DNA of 32,000 nucleotides from Moraxella nasovis (GTDB lineage Bacteria; Pseudomonadota; Gammaproteobacteria; Pseudomonadales; Moraxellaceae): NCBI RefSeq assembly GCF_022701215.1, contig NZ_CP089976.1, positions 90,001 to 122,000 of the forward strand, read 5' to 3'. Shown piece by piece: positions 28,230 to 32,000 of this stretch (position 1 is its first letter; each line of letters starts with the position of its first letter). The notes under the pieces were generated by a model. It saw only the letters and a program-made list of their open reading frames with translations, ran no database searches and was not told where the DNA came from. The position numbers and the translations under genes were made by a program.

Positions 28230-29234
28230 TTAGATAAAATTCTTAACCACCCTATCCATCTCATCATACACCGCCTTTGACAGCACCGCCTTAACAGGCA
28301 ATATCCAAATATTATCAAAAATGGCGTGATGAGAGTCTTTGGCAAGCTCACGCACTTTGACCGCATCTTTGGCGGTGATGACAATCGGATACTCGGTTAA
28401 ATTTGCCAAATCATCAAGTCCAAACTTATGATGATCGCCAAAAGGCTTTTGTATTACCCCAAAGCCCAAATCGGTTAAGGTCTTAAAAAACCGCTGTGGA
28501 TAACCAATGCCACTCACCGCATAGACGGTTTGTGGTGATAGGATTTTGTCCACCCCCACAAGCGGTACAGGCTCACTTGGGACTAGGTGCATAAGTAGGC
28601 TATCAGGCGGATACTGCTCGGGTCTTGGGTCGTGGTAAATCACAGTCGCCCCATCAAGACGGCTTAAAGGCTCACGCAAAAAGCCCTGTGGCAAAAGCTT
28701 TTCATTACCAAAACCACGCACACCGTCTACCACTATCCACTCTACATCTCGGTGCAAGGCATGATGTTGTAGCCCATCATCACTGATGATAAACTGCAAA
28801 TTTGGGTGGTTTTGGATAAGTAAATCAATGGCTTGTCCACGATTTACCCCCACTGCCATCGGAACATTTGTACTAGACACAATCAAGCACGGCTCATCGC
28901 CCACCATCTGGGGCGTGCTGTCTGCTTGCACAAGAGCAGGCGTGTCATCTGCTCGTCCATAGCCACGGCTAATCACGCCGACCCTTACGCCCTTTTGCTG
29001 TAAATATGCCACCAAAGCGATGATGAGTGGCGTTTTGCCACTACCGCCTACGGTGATGTTACCGATGACCATCACAGGGATTGGGGCGTGGTATGTTGGT
29101 TTTTTGCCTGTCTTGTATTGATGCTTATGATGGTCGCTGACACGTTTATAAAGGGCGGATAAAGGGGCAAGCAGATTAAGCCATCGGCTTTGCTGTTGCC
29201 ATGCCCGAGTGATGATAAGCTCTAACTTTTTCAT
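28230..29234 (-). CDS. lpxK: Tetraacyldisaccharide 4'-kinase
   Basis: P-loop GNITVGGSGKTP. 334 aa. Its ATG overlaps the msbA stop codon as ATGA. Confidence 0.92.
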   Translation of the reverse strand: MKKLELIITRAWQQQSRWLNLLAPLSALYKRVSDHHKHQYKTGKKPTYHAPIPVMVIGNITVGGSGKTPLIIALVAYLQQKGVRVGVISRGYGRADDTPALVQADSTPQMVGDEPCLIVSSTNVPMAVGVNRGQAIDLLIQNHPNLQFIISDDGLQHHALHRDVEWIVVDGVRGFGNEKLLPQGFLREPLSRLDGATVIYHDPRPEQYPPDSLLMHLVPSEPVPLVGVDKILSPQTVYAVSGIGYPQRFFKTLTDLGFGVIQKPFGDHHKFGLDDLANLTEYPIVITAKDAVKVRELAKDSHHAIFDNIWILPVKAVLSKAVYDEMDRVVKNFI

Positions 29235-31012
29235 TCATCAAAGGTCCGCTCATACATGGTCTGATACACCCCACCACGAGCCATCAGCTCATCATGCGAG
29301 CCTTGCTCCACGATTTGACCTTTGTCCATGACGATGATGCGGTCGGCATTTTGAATGGTGGATAGGCGGTGGGCGATGACAAGCGTGGTGCGATTTTGCA
29401 TCACCGCATCAAGTGCCTTTTGGATATAAAATTCGCTTTCATTATCTAAGGCAGACGTGGCTTCATCTAAGATCAAAATGGGGGCGTTTTTTAATAAGGC
29501 TCTGGCGATAGACAGTCTTTGACGCTGACCACCAGACAGTTGCAGACCGTCCGCCCCAATAAAGCTGTCATAGCCATTTGGCAAGTTCATAATAAAATCA
29601 TGGGCGTGTGCTGATTTGGCAGCTTGAATGATTTGTTCGGCGGTTTTATCAGACAGTTTGCCATAAGCGATATTATGAAAAATACTGTCCAAAAACAGCG
29701 TAACTTGCTGGTCTACCACCGCAATCTGTTCACGCAAAGCATCAAGTTTGATGTCATGAATGGGTATGCCATCTATCAAAATCTCGCCTGCACTGGGTGT
29801 CAGTGTTCTGGTCAATAGATTGACCAATGTGGTCTTGCCAGAACCTGACCGCCCAACCACCGCCACCACCTCACCTGCTTTGATATCAAGGCTAAAGCTC
29901 TTAATCGCCTGAGTACCGTCTGCATAAGTTAAACTAATATTATCAAAGCGAATATTACCGACAACCTTCGTATCAAGTGTGCCTGTGTCCGCCTCTTCAG
30001 GAATTTCAAGTAAACCAAAAATAGAAACACCAGCAGCAATCCCACGTTGTAGCTTTTGATTGACGTCCGTTAAGGCTTTTACAGGGCGAGCCAATAAACC
30101 TGCGGCGATTAAAAAGGATGCAAATTTCCCTGCCGTCATACCGCCAAGCACTTCAGGACGTAGCGACAGCCAAATCACAAAGCACATACCAATCGCCATC
30201 AATAGCTGAATGAGTGGCGAGTTAATGGCAGCAAGCACGGTAATTTTCATGCCTTTTTCTAAGTTATCCTTAGATGCCTTGATAAAGCGAGCCAATTCAT
30301 AATGCTGACCGCCATAGTTTTTGACGACATGATAGCCTGTAATCGCCTCATTGGTGATGTGGCTAACTGATGAGATAGAGTCTTGAATATCAATGGATAA
30401 GCTGGCAAATTTCGTAGAAACACGCTTAATCAATAAAAAAATCGGTGGCACAACAATAAGCAACACCAAAGTAAGACGCCAATTGCTATAAAATAAATAA
30501 CCAATCAACGCAATGACGGTTAATCCATCTTTTAACAGCGTGGTCAAAGATTCTGTGCTGGCAGCTGTAACTTGCTCAACATCAAAAATCAGCTTAGATG
30601 AAATTTTTCCAGAAGGATTGTTAAGATAAAAAGACGATGGTAGTTTTAGCAGTTTCTCAAACACTTCAACTCTAAGCTTATGCACCAAGCTTCGCGCCAT
30701 TAATGCAGAATAATAACCACCCAAAAAAGCACCAAGCCCACGAAAGATGAATAATAAAATCACCAAAAAAGGAAACCAAAATTTTCGGGTTTGGTCGTCA
30801 TTATTGATGGCATCAATGATGTATTCAAACAGCTTAGCCGAAGAAACTTCCGCTGCAGCTCCAATCGTAAATCCAACAATCACCAAAACAAATGCCCACC
30901 AATACGGCGTTAAATAGCCGATTAGACGCAAAAATACTGCAAATTTATCATTTGAATTAAACGATGTAGGCGTAGGCTCTGTCATATTATCGCTACAATT
31001 AAAGTGAGACAT
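29231..31012 (-). CDS. msbA: Lipid A export ABC transporter (ATP-binding/permease)
   Basis: Six-TM domain followed by an NBD with Walker A GRSGSGKTT, signature LSGGQRQR and Walker B ILILDEATSALD. It is followed by lpxK. The alternative start at ATG 30985 avoids overlap with parB. Confidence 0.9.
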   Translation of the reverse strand: MSHFNCSDNMTEPTPTSFNSNDKFAVFLRLIGYLTPYWWAFVLVIVGFTIGAAAEVSSAKLFEYIIDAINNDDQTRKFWFPFLVILLFIFRGLGAFLGGYYSALMARSLVHKLRVEVFEKLLKLPSSFYLNNPSGKISSKLIFDVEQVTAASTESLTTLLKDGLTVIALIGYLFYSNWRLTLVLLIVVPPIFLLIKRVSTKFASLSIDIQDSISSVSHITNEAITGYHVVKNYGGQHYELARFIKASKDNLEKGMKITVLAAINSPLIQLLMAIGMCFVIWLSLRPEVLGGMTAGKFASFLIAAGLLARPVKALTDVNQKLQRGIAAGVSIFGLLEIPEEADTGTLDTKVVGNIRFDNISLTYADGTQAIKSFSLDIKAGEVVAVVGRSGSGKTTLVNLLTRTLTPSAGEILIDGIPIHDIKLDALREQIAVVDQQVTLFLDSIFHNIAYGKLSDKTAEQIIQAAKSAHAHDFIMNLPNGYDSFIGADGLQLSGGQRQRLSIARALLKNAPILILDEATSALDNESEFYIQKALDAVMQNRTTLVIAHRLSTIQNADRIIVMDKGQIVEQGSHDELMARGGVYQTMYERTFDE

Positions 31013-32000
31013 TAAGCTGAGCTAACAGTGCACGCAACTCTTCATCATCATGAAAAAAAATCTCCAAACTGCCCTTACCTGTCTTATTTTGTTTAAGCTT
31101 AGTGCTTGCACCAAGCATATCAGAGATTTTTTGATTTAGACGAGTTATCTCGTGTGAATTGACACTGTCAGACTTTAAAGGTTCAGGGTTTAGGATAGAT
31201 TTGACCAGTTTTTCGGCATCTCTGACCGTCATCTTAGCGTCAATGATTTTTTTGGCGATGATGGGCTGCTGCTTCGTGGAGAGTGCCAATAACGTGCGTG
31301 CATGACCCATATCAAGCTGATTGGCTGTCATGTATTCTTTGACGGTGTCATGTAAGTTATTAAGACGTAAAAGATTGGTTACCGTCGCTCTGGCTTTACC
31401 AACAACATCGGCAATCATCGCATGACTCATGCCAAATTCGGTATGAAATCTTTGCAAGGCAACCGCCTGCTCTAAGACGTTCAAATCTTCACGTTGGATA
31501 TTTTCAATGAGTGCCAAGGCAATGGCGATCTCATCAGACAGCACTCGCTCTATGGCAGGGATAAGTTTTAGACCTGCGATTTTTGCTGCTCGCCAGCGTC
31601 TTTCGCCTGCGATGATTTCATGCGTTACTTGATCATTGTTCTTATCTTCGCTGGATAATAACGGGCGAATGACGATAGGCTGCATGACACCGTGCTGCTT
31701 AATAGATTCTGCAAGCTCATTAAGAGCGACTTCATCCATCACTTTGCGTGGTTGATACTTGCCAGACTGTAAGCGATGTGGATCAATATCAATCAACTTG
31801 ACCTGCTCGCCATCTACTGTGATATTGATGTTTTCAAGCTTTTTGGGCTTAGTGGTCTTTTTGGCAGATTTTTCTAAGCTGGCCTTTAACTCTTGAGATT
31901 TTGCAATTTGGGGCTTTTCTTCTTTAGTGGGTGAGTTTTTGTCGTCAAGACTTACCGCTTGAGCGATTTTTTTCTCGGTTTTTACACTATTAATCAGTGC
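30999..32000 (-). CDS. parB: Chromosome partitioning protein ParB (5' end lies outside the window)
   Basis: GKYQPRK, HGVMQPIVIRP and IAGERRWRAA ParB-box motifs, plus an HTH region. My translation shows the frame stays open upstream of the ORF-track TTG (31796) to the window edge (ALINSVKTEKKIAQAV…KPKKLENINITVDGEQVKLIDIDPHRL). Confidence 0.85.
   Translation of the reverse strand, partial: ALINSVKTEKKIAQAVSLDDKNSPTKEEKPQIAKSQELKASLEKSAKKTTKPKKLENINITVDGEQVKLIDIDPHRLQSGKYQPRKVMDEVALNELAESIKQHGVMQPIVIRPLLSSEDKNNDQVTHEIIAGERRWRAAKIAGLKLIPAIERVLSDEIAIALALIENIQREDLNVLEQAVALQRFHTEFGMSHAMIADVVGKARATVTNLLRLNNLHDTVKEYMTANQLDMGHARTLLALSTKQQPIIAKKIIDAKMTVRDAEKLVKSILNPEPLKSDSVNSHEITRLNQKISDMLGASTKLKQNKTGKGSLEIFFHDDEELRALLAQLNVSL

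Overview
The window looks like a chromosomal segment of a Moraxellaceae gammaproteobacterium. Moraxella is my guess from gene content and protein similarity; I ran no search. Most of it is housekeeping: rluB (5' partial), nrdA, ybaB-recR-rnd-xseA, a nitroreductase, a DUF815 ATPase, an efeO/efeB/FTR1 iron-uptake operon, purA-hisZ, corA, and a minus-strand block parB(partial)-msbA-lpxK / kdsB-histidine phosphatase-holB-truC. Five places stand out. (1) A small accessory pocket between rluB and nrdA holds a two-gene minus-strand cassette: a divergent uracil-DNA-glycosylase-fold-like protein plus a PP2C phosphatase. Beside it are a decayed DUF262/GmrSD-like gene and an orphan promoter followed by a G8 tract. 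This is the best candidate for an undescribed, possibly anti-phage, module. (2) A 1276-aa classical autotransporter has a G9 tract exactly in the spacer of its predicted promoter, giving TTG-17 bp-TGnTAAAAT, which suggests a phase-variation switch. (3) The same gene carries 58 perfect tandem ACGCCA units encoding a (Thr-Pro)58 linker between passenger and barrel. (4) A fresh 10-bp tandem duplication frameshifts the histidine-phosphatase gene; the undisrupted frame ends in an ATGA overlap with the holB start. (5) Smaller items are NrdR-like boxes, a Fur-like box on the efe promoter, an acidic N-terminal extension on CorA, and REP-like hairpins between lpxK and kdsB. I saw no rRNA, tRNA, CRISPR array, transposase or integrase. 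Several ORF-track starts appear over-extended and are corrected in the features.
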